Shown: piece by piece, positions 7,438-16,392 of the stretch
Layout: each line of letters begins with the position of its first letter
How positions within the stretch are numbered: position 1 is the first letter of the stretch
Assembly: GCA_023139575.1 (NCBI GenBank)
Contig: JAGLNJ010000116.1
Coordinates: 1-51,573 of the forward strand
Reading direction: 5' to 3'
Source of the DNA: Candidatus Omnitrophota bacterium
GTDB taxonomy: Bacteria > Omnitrophota > Gorgyraeia > Zapsychrales > JANLHA01
DNA length: 51,573 nt
Notes under the pieces: model-generated
Database searches by the model: none
Told to the model about the DNA's origin: nothing
Seen by the model: only the letters and a program-made list of their open reading frames with translations
Position numbers and translations under genes: made by a program

Positions 7438-9084
7438 TTATTCTACCGTAAATATTTTTTCCACAAGCTGTTTCCCTTCATGGAGGATTTCGATCTTCCA
7501 TTTACCCGGAACGACTTCCCAGGGACACTCAAAAACCCATCCCGCATGTGACATTTTATTCAACAAAACGGTTCGTTCTCGCTCATCGATGGTTGTCGTT
7601 TCCCCCGTTTGAGGATTAGTGAGCGGAGGATGTGTAAAGCGTGTAACCACTTGCGCAAAGCCTTCCTCGGGGGCACCTTTTACCTTGAAAGCAAAACCAA
7701 ATTCTACATTTAATCGGGCGGGAACCATTTCTGTCTCTACGTCAAAAACCATTGTGTTCGACAATAAACACACCGGCGCATCTGATTGACTCTTTAGTTT
7801 CTTCATTCTTTCTTTTATGTCATGAACAAACCCATAACGAACGATCTGAACTGACTCAACAGTTGGATTCATAAAGTCGCCGGTATAATTCCCCTCCTCA
7901 TCAAAGTATTTGATGTTTACCATCTTCCCGTCTTTTACATGAATCTCTTTACTGATCTGTCCGTTTTCATAGTATTCCCGGGACTGAACACCATTTTTCA
8001 CTAATATATCTGACTCGCGATATAATTTTCCATTTTCATGATAAGTTTTTATTTTTTCTATCTCCCCTTCTATAAACATTGCTTCGCTATTAAGGACGCC
8101 GTCTTCATTGTAAACCTGAGTGACGCCATCAAGAAACCCCTCGACAAAGTTGCTCTTTACTCTATTTTTAACAGGGAATTCAACAACAAATTCTTTGATC
8201 CTGGAAAAAAGCCCCCCCTGCTCATCCAACAATTTCCCCTCCTTGAAAACAAATTCATGAGAGAGAGCGCCATTCTCACCATATAATCTCTGCACCCCAT
8301 CCTTATTGCCGTCCTTATAATATTCATCTACAACTAACATGCCGTTTTCATTGTATACTCTAAAAAAACCATGCCGCTCTCCATCTTTTCTTTTCTGCAT
8401 TTCTCGGGTTACTTTTCCGTTGGAATCATAATAGATTTTCGTCAGGACATTCATCCCCTTTAAAGAATGATATTCCGGCGGGCGGGGCACTTTTTGCAGC
8501 CATTTACAATAGCGCGAATCACACTGCTTTTTCTCCAGAAATTTTTTGGCAATTTCATATTGATTGTTATGTACATAAGACCATATCAAACCCGTCACAG
8601 GATCAACATCATTCGTCCACGGCTCCTCTTTCCCGGGCCTCATGGCAAAGGCCTTCTTGAAGTAGTCAATGGCCTGATCATAATCACTATATTTGTCGTG
8701 ATAAAGATCGCCTAGATTATTCAATGTAATGTATTTGTTTACCGGATTCTTCATCCCATGCTGCAGCGCAAGTTTATAATACTCTTCCGCCTCCTGATAT
8801 TCTCGCTTATCCATATATACCACAGCCAGCATCAAGTATACCTTTCCATCTATCCCCTTATGTGTGACCGCTTCATGCAGCAATTCTAGCGCTTCATCAG
8901 TTTTACCCTGTTCCCGCAGGACTTTTGATTGCGAGTACAAATCAAACCATTCTTTATTGGCATTCGATACAGACATATACTCAACAAATTTGTTATATCG
9001 TGGCCAGGACACTTTGACGAACACAATCGCAACTACGATAAGCGCAATGATTTCGAAAATGACCCCCAAGCGACTCTTTGTCAT
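7438..9084 (-). CDS. Membrane-anchored TPR + MORN-variant repeat + DUF3859-like protein
   Basis: N-terminal TM; TPRs (YQEAEEYYKLAL, YDQAIDYFKKAF); repeats Y[NH]ENG/KDG; C-terminal EFGFAFKVKG...THPP...PWEVVPGKWKIEI. Confidence 0.8.
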   Translation of the reverse strand: MTKSRLGVIFEIIALIVVAIVFVKVSWPRYNKFVEYMSVSNANKEWFDLYSQSKVLREQGKTDEALELLHEAVTHKGIDGKVYLMLAVVYMDKREYQEAEEYYKLALQHGMKNPVNKYITLNNLGDLYHDKYSDYDQAIDYFKKAFAMRPGKEEPWTNDVDPVTGLIWSYVHNNQYEIAKKFLEKKQCDSRYCKWLQKVPRPPEYHSLKGMNVLTKIYYDSNGKVTREMQKRKDGERHGFFRVYNENGMLVVDEYYKDGNKDGVQRLYGENGALSHEFVFKEGKLLDEQGGLFSRIKEFVVEFPVKNRVKSNFVEGFLDGVTQVYNEDGVLNSEAMFIEGEIEKIKTYHENGKLYRESDILVKNGVQSREYYENGQISKEIHVKDGKMVNIKYFDEEGNYTGDFMNPTVESVQIVRYGFVHDIKERMKKLKSQSDAPVCLLSNTMVFDVETEMVPARLNVEFGFAFKVKGAPEEGFAQVVTRFTHPPLTNPQTGETTTIDERERTVLLNKMSHAGWVFECPWEVVPGKWKIEILHEGKQLVEKIFTVE

Positions 9085-9668
9085 TATCCCTCCTTCTTTT
9101 CCATGATTCCCCTGCCGTCCTTAAAAGCCGTGCCCAGGCGTGAGCCGATGAGATGATATTCCCGCGCATCGGGACTGAAGACAAACGGCTGAACTTTTGC
9201 CACATCGGGGCGCCCCGAATCGTCCAGAACCTCATCATCTACTTTGACATCAACAATCTCCCCTACAAAATGCGTGTGCAAACCAAGTTCATGGTGATGC
9301 ACAACTTTACATTCCAAAATCATCGGAAATTCTCCCACATACGGAGCGTCTATATGTTCCCCCATTTCCGGGGTGAGACCCGTCGCCTTGAATTTATCCG
9401 TGTCACGCCCCGATGCGAGGCCAAAAAAGTCTGCTTCCTTATAGTATTTCACCGATGGAACACTCAGCGTGTAAACTTTTCCCCGCATGATGTTGTCATA
9501 AGTATACGTCGCCTGACGCAATGAAACAGTTACACACGGCGGTCGCGAACAGCATATACCGGCCTAGGATGCGGTCATCACATTGGGTTTACCTTCAGCA
9601 TCATAAGTCCCGACACACCATACCGGTGCGGGATAAATCAGCGTTCTTGCTCCTAATGATTTTTTCAT
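9084..9668 (-). pseudogene. Flavin reductase / flavoredoxin family protein interrupted by in-frame TAG at codon 35
   Basis: ATG 9668 [43 protein letters not shown]...SGRDTDKF...LECKV...HTHFVGEI; TAG at 9564-9566 where homologues have Trp. Confidence 0.85.
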
Positions 9669-9716
9669 AATGCGCTTTCCTTTCTTAAAGCAGGGAATAT
9701 GTTCTCCGCTTAGGCA

Positions 9717-9953
9717 TTATTCCCTTTGAATTTTTATTCTTTCCTTTTCATATTCTATTTCATCTCCCGCGACGATCTTACGGCGCTTACGCGTCTCTAC
9801 CTCACCATTTACCCGTACCAGTCCTTGAGAAATAACCATCTTGGCCTCACCGCCGCTTTCGACCATATTCTCAAATTTAAGAATCTTATAAAGCTCCGTA
9901 GGCTCCTGATTGATAAAAACAATACGAAATCCCTGGTGATTATCTTCGCTCAT
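9717..9953 (-). CDS. S4-domain RNA-binding protein (YaaA/YbcJ family)
   Basis: ELYKILK...ESGGEAK...VRVNGEVETRKRRKIVAGD. Confidence 0.9.
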   Translation of the reverse strand: MSEDNHQGFRIVFINQEPTELYKILKFENMVESGGEAKMVISQGLVRVNGEVETRKRRKIVAGDEIEYEKERIKIQRE

Positions 9954-9983
9954 AATTTATGTCTAATCTTCTGATTATCTTTC

Positions 9984-12275
9984 CTAAAGCAGCAACAAAA
10001 CCGCGAAATTAATCGCCGCGCAGAAATATACTACCGCATTTATGCCGAGAAGAGGAACCAGAACGGCTCCCGTCACCAACGCGCCAATTGTCGCTCCGGA
10101 AACATCCATCGCATAAAGAAAACCGGCATTTTTGCTCGCAGACCCGCCCTTATTAATATCAGCTTCAAAGGCCTCCCCCCGGATACAAACAGCCAGGGGA
10201 TACTGCAGCCCGCCGATAAAACCGGCGATAATCGGTAAAGACGCAAAGACGCTGGCAAAGAAGGCGCTGGAAAATATCTCCGATCCGACATGTTGAAAAT
10301 AAACAAAAAACACCGGCAGTAATAACGGATACAAACAGATACTCCATTGCGTCCATTTATATATTTTAACTAATTTCTTTTTCTTTTCAATAGAGGGTAG
10401 AGGCAAAATACTCCTTATTAATTTCCGGGCAAACAGCGTCCCCAAGGCCAAGCCCGACATGAATGAGGCCATGATGAAACCGATTTTATAATACGCATAA
10501 CCATAGAGAGCTTGAAAGGACAGAATAATCACAATTTGAAATATGACTTCGGAAAATCCGGTTGTCATAATTGATAAGGTTATAGGCGAGAACGGCCTCC
10601 TTTTCCTTAAAAGCCATCCACCAACAAGCACCACCAAGGGCACAACCAGTAAATGTTTGAATCGCAACCAGCTGATTTTATGAAACACATCTTTAAATCC
10701 CTGATTGAAATGCGTCGACCATAAAACAATATCAAAGAGATAAGCGACAGGTTTCGCGTCGGTATTTATACGCCCCGGAGTTTGCAATACATCATTAATA
10801 TAATCCATTCTGTCGGGGCTCATGCGATAAGAAAAATAATATTCCCTGACATAACGTGTTTCCACCCCCCACCTTTCCAGGCTCCGGGTAAAAATATCGA
10901 TATTAATGTTCAACCCTTCCGGGTCTCTGGAGGCCAGAAAGATATGCGTATCCCCCGGTATAGACCGAACGTCAGGAAACACTTGCTTTAAAGTTGAATT
11001 GATCGAACGCAGAAATTCTTTTGTTTCTTTATTTAAATAATTCTCCGACGACGAAACGCTCAAAGCCATTATCCCTTGCGGCTTGAGGACACGAAAAGTT
11101 TCTTTGAAATATTCCAAAGTATAATAACGGTTGATCAAAGCCGTAATGGGATCACCCAAATTGACTATAACGACATCAAAAAGGGGAGCGTCTCTTCTTT
11201 TAATAAACTGACGGGCATCTGTGATGATGGTTTCAACACGTGGATCGTTTAAAGGGGCGACCACATCAGACGGCATATATTTTTGAGCCAAATCAATGAC
11301 TTTCCCGTCAAGTTCGATATAAGTCACTTTGATATCAGGATATTTAAGAATTTCCTTAATACTGCCATCTAGACCGCTGCCAATCAGCAAGACATGACGC
11401 GGGCGGGGATGTGCGTGTGCCAACATGGCATAATGCACGCCTTCTTCGCTGCTCAAATCATCCTTGGTAGCAAAAGACAATAAGCCGTTTTCATAAAGTT
11501 GATAGGTGTCTTTGAGTTTCGTGATCGTGATATTGCCGTATATCGATTCCGCTGAACTAACAACCTCCAGCCCCTCCCAACGTTTGTCCCGTGACCACTC
11601 ATCAGCCCATCGCAAAAATCCTGAGGCATAACATAAGAATACAATGATCAACTCTCCCAAAATAATGAAGGTGCGCGCTTTTCTTTTGACGAACAGCAGA
11701 ATTAAAACTAAAAAGACTAATGCGCATAGAAAAAACACAATAGAAAAAGCGCTAAAAAGTTTTATTAGAAATGCAGAAAAAATTAACCCGCCAATACCGC
11801 CGCCTATTGCCTCCCAAAGATAAACAGACCCTGCCCCCATGACAACAGCTTCCTGTTCTCGGCCTTCTTCCTTATATCGGCAGATAAGGGTAAACAAACC
11901 GCCAATAACCATTGTTAACGGCGCCAGCAGTAAAAAGGACAGCGCCGTCATGGGGATGATGCCCATAATCTCCCCTGTTTGAATATGCATAAAATTGTTC
12001 ACGAGACGAGAACTAATGACGGTGGCGGGCAGGAAAATAATAAAAAGAAAAAAAAGAATGGCGATAATATTCCTGGGGCACCGGACGTTTTGGATAAATG
12101 AGCTGGCGCAAAAATTTCCCATCGCTACCCAAAAGAGCCACGCCGCCAAAATCACCGCGTAAACCAACTCATTACCATAGAATACACTGACCAATTCCCT
12201 CATCAGGACAACTTGGCTCAGCACAGAAGAAAAACCTAAAAGAAAGGCCATGAGTTTTGATTTATTTTTCCGCAT
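9984..12275 (-). CDS. Polytopic membrane protein with central spermidine-synthase-like SAM-binding domain
   Basis: QVVLMRELVSVFYGNEL TM block, ESIYGNI, VLLIGSG, IELD, DARQF, YTLEYF, second TM block. Confidence 0.85.
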   Translation of the reverse strand: MRKNKSKLMAFLLGFSSVLSQVVLMRELVSVFYGNELVYAVILAAWLFWVAMGNFCASSFIQNVRCPRNIIAILFFLFIIFLPATVISSRLVNNFMHIQTGEIMGIIPMTALSFLLLAPLTMVIGGLFTLICRYKEEGREQEAVVMGAGSVYLWEAIGGGIGGLIFSAFLIKLFSAFSIVFFLCALVFLVLILLFVKRKARTFIILGELIIVFLCYASGFLRWADEWSRDKRWEGLEVVSSAESIYGNITITKLKDTYQLYENGLLSFATKDDLSSEEGVHYAMLAHAHPRPRHVLLIGSGLDGSIKEILKYPDIKVTYIELDGKVIDLAQKYMPSDVVAPLNDPRVETIITDARQFIKRRDAPLFDVVIVNLGDPITALINRYYTLEYFKETFRVLKPQGIMALSVSSSENYLNKETKEFLRSINSTLKQVFPDVRSIPGDTHIFLASRDPEGLNINIDIFTRSLERWGVETRYVREYYFSYRMSPDRMDYINDVLQTPGRINTDAKPVAYLFDIVLWSTHFNQGFKDVFHKISWLRFKHLLVVPLVVLVGGWLLRKRRPFSPITLSIMTTGFSEVIFQIVIILSFQALYGYAYYKIGFIMASFMSGLALGTLFARKLIRSILPLPSIEKKKKLVKIYKWTQWSICLYPLLLPVFFVYFQHVGSEIFSSAFFASVFASLPIIAGFIGGLQYPLAVCIRGEAFEADINKGGSASKNAGFLYAMDVSGATIGALVTGAVLVPLLGINAVVYFCAAINFAVLLLL

Positions 12276-12290
12276 GAATTCTATTTCACC

Positions 12291-12384
12291 GTCATCCTCC
12301 GGCTTCCTCCCGAGGCGGATCTGCCTCTGGCCCGATGACCGGGGGATACAAACATTCGATTGCCCGATCTATTCGGGCAATGAC
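12291..12384. repeat. Composite REP-like palindromic element, copy 1
   Basis: GTCAT-CCTCCGG..[GAGGCGGATCTGCCTC]..CCGGGGGA-linker-GATTGCCCGA.TCTAT.TCGGGCAATGAC; same architecture as 26484-26575. Confidence 0.8.
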
Positions 12385-12390
12385 AGGGTA

Positions 12391-13425
12391 TCAGTCTATC
12401 GTTCCCTGCTTAATCACATCATTTTCCTTCACCCATGCCGGGTCTCCGGGATATTTCCATTCGGCGGGCGGCAGCCCTTCGTCCAAATCTCTTTTTTCCG
12501 CATCAGAAAGCGGCTCAACATAAATCGCTTTCCGTATGGCTTCACGACACGTCAACATCCGCTGCGGCAAAATAGAACGGATTTTTTGTTCCTGACACAC
12601 CACGCGGGTTGCTAACCCCTCGACAAGGGGGCGCGCGAGATATGACGAAACAGGTGTGACAATATGAATCCAATACGAACTCAATTTCGGTGTTAAAAAA
12701 GGCGTCGGGAGAATAACACGTTTCATCAATCGCGCTTCCTGGGCAAAGATTTCCATCAGTCTTTGATAAGAAAGAATATCCTGCCCCCCGATATCAAAAA
12801 AGCCGTTCTCTGTCTGCGGCTCGTTGACACATTCTGTTAAATAATGCAGGACATTACTTATTGCAATGGGCTGAGATTCGGTTGTCACCCAGCGGGGTGT
12901 TACCATAATCGGAAGGCGCCGGACCAAGTAGCGCAGTATTTCAAAAGAAGCGCTGCCCGATCCGATGATCATGGCGGCGCGAAAAATGGTAGCAGGCACT
13001 TTCCCTGAAGCTAATATTTTTCCGACTTCAATTCGCGAACATAAATGTTCACTCAGATGCCCCTTTTCATTACCCAATCCGCCGAGATAAACAATACGCT
13101 TCAAGCCCTTTTCATCTGCGGCCTCAACAGTCAACCGCGCCGCCTGACGGTCGGCCTGCGCAAAGTCCTTATGCTGCTGATTCATGGAATGTACTAGATA
13201 GTAAACCCCCCAACAGCCTTCACAAGCCTTAAGCAAGGCCTCCTTATCACCCACATCTACAGCAAATAGCTCAACCTGCTCATTCTCCGCCCAATGGCGT
13301 TTGCGCAGAGTTTTTACCGATCGGCTTGCCGCACGCACCTTGTAACCTTTATGCACTAAGCGTGTCACCAGACGGGATCCCACATACCCGGAAGCCCCCA
13401 AAACAAGCAGTTTTTTCTCTGCCAT
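12391..13425 (-). CDS. Atypical SDR / NAD(P)H-binding protein (YbjT-like), short form
   Basis: GASGYVG, YYLVHSM, IVYLGGL, SEHLCSR, IGSGSASFEILRYLV, TPRWV, LTPKLSSYW. Confidence 0.88.
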   Translation of the reverse strand: MAEKKLLVLGASGYVGSRLVTRLVHKGYKVRAASRSVKTLRKRHWAENEQVELFAVDVGDKEALLKACEGCWGVYYLVHSMNQQHKDFAQADRQAARLTVEAADEKGLKRIVYLGGLGNEKGHLSEHLCSRIEVGKILASGKVPATIFRAAMIIGSGSASFEILRYLVRRLPIMVTPRWVTTESQPIAISNVLHYLTECVNEPQTENGFFDIGGQDILSYQRLMEIFAQEARLMKRVILPTPFLTPKLSSYWIHIVTPVSSYLARPLVEGLATRVVCQEQKIRSILPQRMLTCREAIRKAIYVEPLSDAEKRDLDEGLPPAEWKYPGDPAWVKENDVIKQGTID

Positions 13426-13533
13426 AACCTATAATCCTTTCGCGTAAGGATTGTTTTTCTTCTGTGACCAAATTATAATGATGATTGAAATTATTATAAC
13501 AACCCGTAAATCTATTACCAAGGAGATTTCCTT

Positions 13534-13908
13534 ATGATATATAAACACATTTTAACCGGATCTATTATATTTTTTTTGCTTACCCCTGCCTCTTCTTTTG
13601 CCGAGAACTCTCCCCCAAGAAAATTCAACCGCGGGGTTATTAACATTGTTACGGCTCCCGTTGAAATCCCCAAGCAGACCAAGGCCTATTGGCATGAAGG
13701 AGGGAAAATCACTGCCCACATAAGCTTTTGGTTGTTTTCCGGAATGGTCAAAGGAGTGGTCAACACTATCACGCGTGCTGCTTCCGGGATATGGGATGCG
13801 ACCACGTTTCCTTTGGAAAAACCCGGGAATTATGAATCACTCATCAAGCCGGATTCTGTTTTTGAAGGAGATAACATCACTTTGAGCGTATATGTCTTCC
13901 AAACTTAA
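13534..13908 (+). CDS. TIGR04073-like (exosortase-system-associated) exported/membrane protein
   Basis: Signal peptide, RKFNRGVINIVTAPVEIPK, KG...RAASGIWDATTFP. Confidence 0.75.
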   Translation: MIYKHILTGSIIFFLLTPASSFAENSPPRKFNRGVINIVTAPVEIPKQTKAYWHEGGKITAHISFWLFSGMVKGVVNTITRAASGIWDATTFPLEKPGNYESLIKPDSVFEGDNITLSVYVFQT

Positions 13909-13988
13909 ACAGGTGACCCCTAATTTCCCGTTTTCCGCACTGAAAACCGCTAAGCGCATATCGATAACACCTCCTTCTTTCCCGCCAA

Positions 13989-14573
13989 TTAGATTTGATA
14001 GGCAATAATTTCCCAGTCAACGGTAATGTGATTACCGACCAAAATGCCCCCTTTATCAAGGAACCGATTCCATATAATATTATAGTCTTTGCGATGGAAT
14101 ACCCATTCCCCCTTAACACGCACAAAGGATCGCCCTTGTTCATCCCGCATCGGCCCTTCAAACGTGAATAACGAATCCAGACGCTGAATAACTCCATGCA
14201 AATCTAAATGCCCTACAGACTGAAATTGGCCATCATCATCGGGTTGGACATCAAAACTCTCATAAATGATTTCCGGGTATCTTTCGGCATTTAGGAGTTG
14301 CGGCGACTTCACAATATTGTCCAAATTCGGCGCCTTTGATTTGATGCTTGCGGTCTTAATGATCAACTTAACGCCTTTAATCAGTTCGGTATTCGGGTCA
14401 ACGTATACTGTCCCACCGAAATCTTCAAAAATAGCACGATATTTACCTACCACAGTATAGTGAATGGAACCGTCTATGCGTGATTGGCTAAAATTAATTT
14501 TGTAAGTTTCCAAAGCAAAAGCGGTATGTGAAAGAAATAATGTCAATAATAATGCTATGAATATTTTCTTCAT
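13989..14573 (-). CDS. YceI-family periplasmic lipid/isoprenoid-binding protein
   Basis: Signal peptide; IKTASI, KSPQLLNAERYPEI, GHLDLHGV, RKDYNIIWN. Confidence 0.88.
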   Translation of the reverse strand: MKKIFIALLLTLFLSHTAFALETYKINFSQSRIDGSIHYTVVGKYRAIFEDFGGTVYVDPNTELIKGVKLIIKTASIKSKAPNLDNIVKSPQLLNAERYPEIIYESFDVQPDDDGQFQSVGHLDLHGVIQRLDSLFTFEGPMRDEQGRSFVRVKGEWVFHRKDYNIIWNRFLDKGGILVGNHITVDWEIIAYQI

Positions 14574-14750
14574 TTTACTTTCGCTTTCATTTATAGATAT
14601 CCTTAGGCGACATTCCTTAATCGTTTAAAAATTCTGCTACTTACAGCAGATATCAATCACTTGAACCCGCCAGTCAAGGAAACAGGAGCCCAAATAACTA
14701 TATTAATTATAATCAGTTTTAAAGAAGGTGTTCTGGGCGTGGGAACAATA

Positions 14751-15557
14751 TCACATAAAATCCTGATCAAACTTTAACTCGCCGCTTTCGCTATATGTTT
14801 TGCGATTAACCCGTTTTCCTTGTATATAGGTGTCTTCATACTGAATATTGCCGTTCTTAAAATAAGCGATATCTTTTCCGTGCTGGACATTGTCTTTATA
14901 GTTGATTTCAAAGAATATTGACCCATCCTCATCATAAGCCATATACGGGCCGTTCAACTCACCGTTTACAAAATTTTTTTCCTGATGGAGACGGCCATCT
15001 TCATAATAAGTCCGGAAAAAACCATCCAGTTTGCCATCTTTATAGCTTCGCTCCAGTTTGAGCTGACCATTTTTATATAATTCCCGATAAACTCCTGTCA
15101 CGATATCGGCTTCCACTTGATCGCCAACAACACTGACGCCGGGATCTTTCATATCAGGCGTATTATTTCTTCCAGATGTCAAATCATTATCTATTTCCAA
15201 TTTTTGCTGACCCTGCTCAGCAACGGCACCGCTGACAAAGGTTTCAAAATCAACTTTTTTGTCTTGTTTATAATAATCCTTAGCAACCAATTTACTGCGG
15301 TAAAAAGTTGTTTGAATCTTATAACGCACATATTCCCAACCAACCCAATAGACAATGACCACAAGTATCAGACTACAAGATAAAAAGACATAAAACAGTG
15401 CCCAGAAAAACCATTTAGCTGCTGTTGAAACATATAGCGTTATCCCCAGCGTCATAACAGACTTATTGAGGAACTTCAAGGCCAGGATTAAAATGGCGCC
15501 CCATTTTATTCCTGATAAAAAAACCTCTAGCAGTCTGCTGAATTTTGCGCTTTTCAT
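14751..15557 (-). CDS. Membrane protein with C-terminal MORN-variant repeats
   Basis: Two N-terminal TM segments; repeats YKNGQL, YKDGKLDG, YYEDG, YFKNG. Confidence 0.8.
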   Translation of the reverse strand: MKSAKFSRLLEVFLSGIKWGAILILALKFLNKSVMTLGITLYVSTAAKWFFWALFYVFLSCSLILVVIVYWVGWEYVRYKIQTTFYRSKLVAKDYYKQDKKVDFETFVSGAVAEQGQQKLEIDNDLTSGRNNTPDMKDPGVSVVGDQVEADIVTGVYRELYKNGQLKLERSYKDGKLDGFFRTYYEDGRLHQEKNFVNGELNGPYMAYDEDGSIFFEINYKDNVQHGKDIAYFKNGNIQYEDTYIQGKRVNRKTYSESGELKFDQDFM

Positions 15558-15574
15558 AATACCTTTAAAATACG

Positions 15575-16372
15575 TTACACTTTATAAGTTTGCACGCTAT
15601 AGGCGACGTTTTCAGCCAACTTATCTTTTGCCAAGAATTCCATTGTTAACCAGCCTTGATAGCCTTCTTCTTTAATGACCCGGGCTATTTTTTCGTGCTG
15701 ATAATTCTTTCCTCCCGCCGGAGCCAATTGCGGATCATTTATATGTATATGCTGAGTCAAACCGATAAAATTATGAATCTGCTCTAAGGAATCCTCGCCA
15801 TTTAAAAACATACTTCCCGTATCGATCAGCAAACGAAGGTTGGGATGTCCTACCGCCTCAACAAACTCTGCCCCTTGGGCAATAGTGTTAACAAAATCGC
15901 AATGATAAACCGGAGATAACGGCTCAAAACATATGTAAATGTTTCTTGTTTTGGCATGCTCTGCCGCCATACAGAAAAAATCCCTGGCGATGCGTTGCGC
16001 TGTTGCCAAATCCAAATCACCCCTTTTTCTTGTTCCGGCTGCCCCGAATACGATGAGCTCTCCACCGAGATCGGCACACAGATCAACCATCCCCAACAAA
16101 TGCTGCAAACATTTTTTGCGGCATGGCGATTCTGCGAATATCTGCAAATCAGGATGTTTATAAAACAAAGATTGCAGGCCGACAACAGACACATCATGTG
16201 CGGCGATTTTCTTTTTCATAGAAACCCGTTCCTCTATGGTTGAGCCAAGAGGGTCTTCCCACAAACGGCTGGGCGCCATTTCAACACCTTGTATATGAAG
16301 CTCAGCCAATTGAGGAAGGACGTCTTCGAGGGGAGAATCTAAAAATGCGAGGTTAGATATGCTAAGTTTCAT
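15575..16372 (-). CDS. Sugar phosphate isomerase/epimerase (xylose-isomerase-like TIM barrel)
   Basis: MKLSISNLA, GVEMAP, LQSL, CFEPL, LIDTG, HIHI, WLTME metal-binding pattern. Confidence 0.88.
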   Translation of the reverse strand: MKLSISNLAFLDSPLEDVLPQLAELHIQGVEMAPSRLWEDPLGSTIEERVSMKKKIAAHDVSVVGLQSLFYKHPDLQIFAESPCRKKCLQHLLGMVDLCADLGGELIVFGAAGTRKRGDLDLATAQRIARDFFCMAAEHAKTRNIYICFEPLSPVYHCDFVNTIAQGAEFVEAVGHPNLRLLIDTGSMFLNGEDSLEQIHNFIGLTQHIHINDPQLAPAGGKNYQHEKIARVIKEEGYQGWLTMEFLAKDKLAENVAYSVQTYKV

Positions 16373-16392
16373 TTGCGGTTAAATGGTTTTTG

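Noticed and set aside
7900-8460. Toxin-antitoxin YwqK antitoxin label for the MORN-variant repeats (also 14751-15060)
   Set aside because: Generic repeat within membrane-anchored multidomain proteins; no adjacent toxin
9564-9566. Pyrrolysine or amber recoding of the in-frame TAG
   Set aside because: The position is a conserved Trp one transition away; no pyl genes or other internal TAGs were seen
9984-12275. Calling this gene speE
   Set aside because: Catalytic motifs are altered and the domain is embedded in a large membrane protein
12250-12615. Plus-strand ORFs 12250-12615 and 12335-12523
   Set aside because: They run through the palindromic repeat and antisense to real genes; no protein motifs
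14575-14750. Possible riboswitch upstream of the YceI gene
   Set aside because: Only short hairpins (TCTGCT/AGCAGA, CTTGA/TCAAG); no recognisable aptamer consensus
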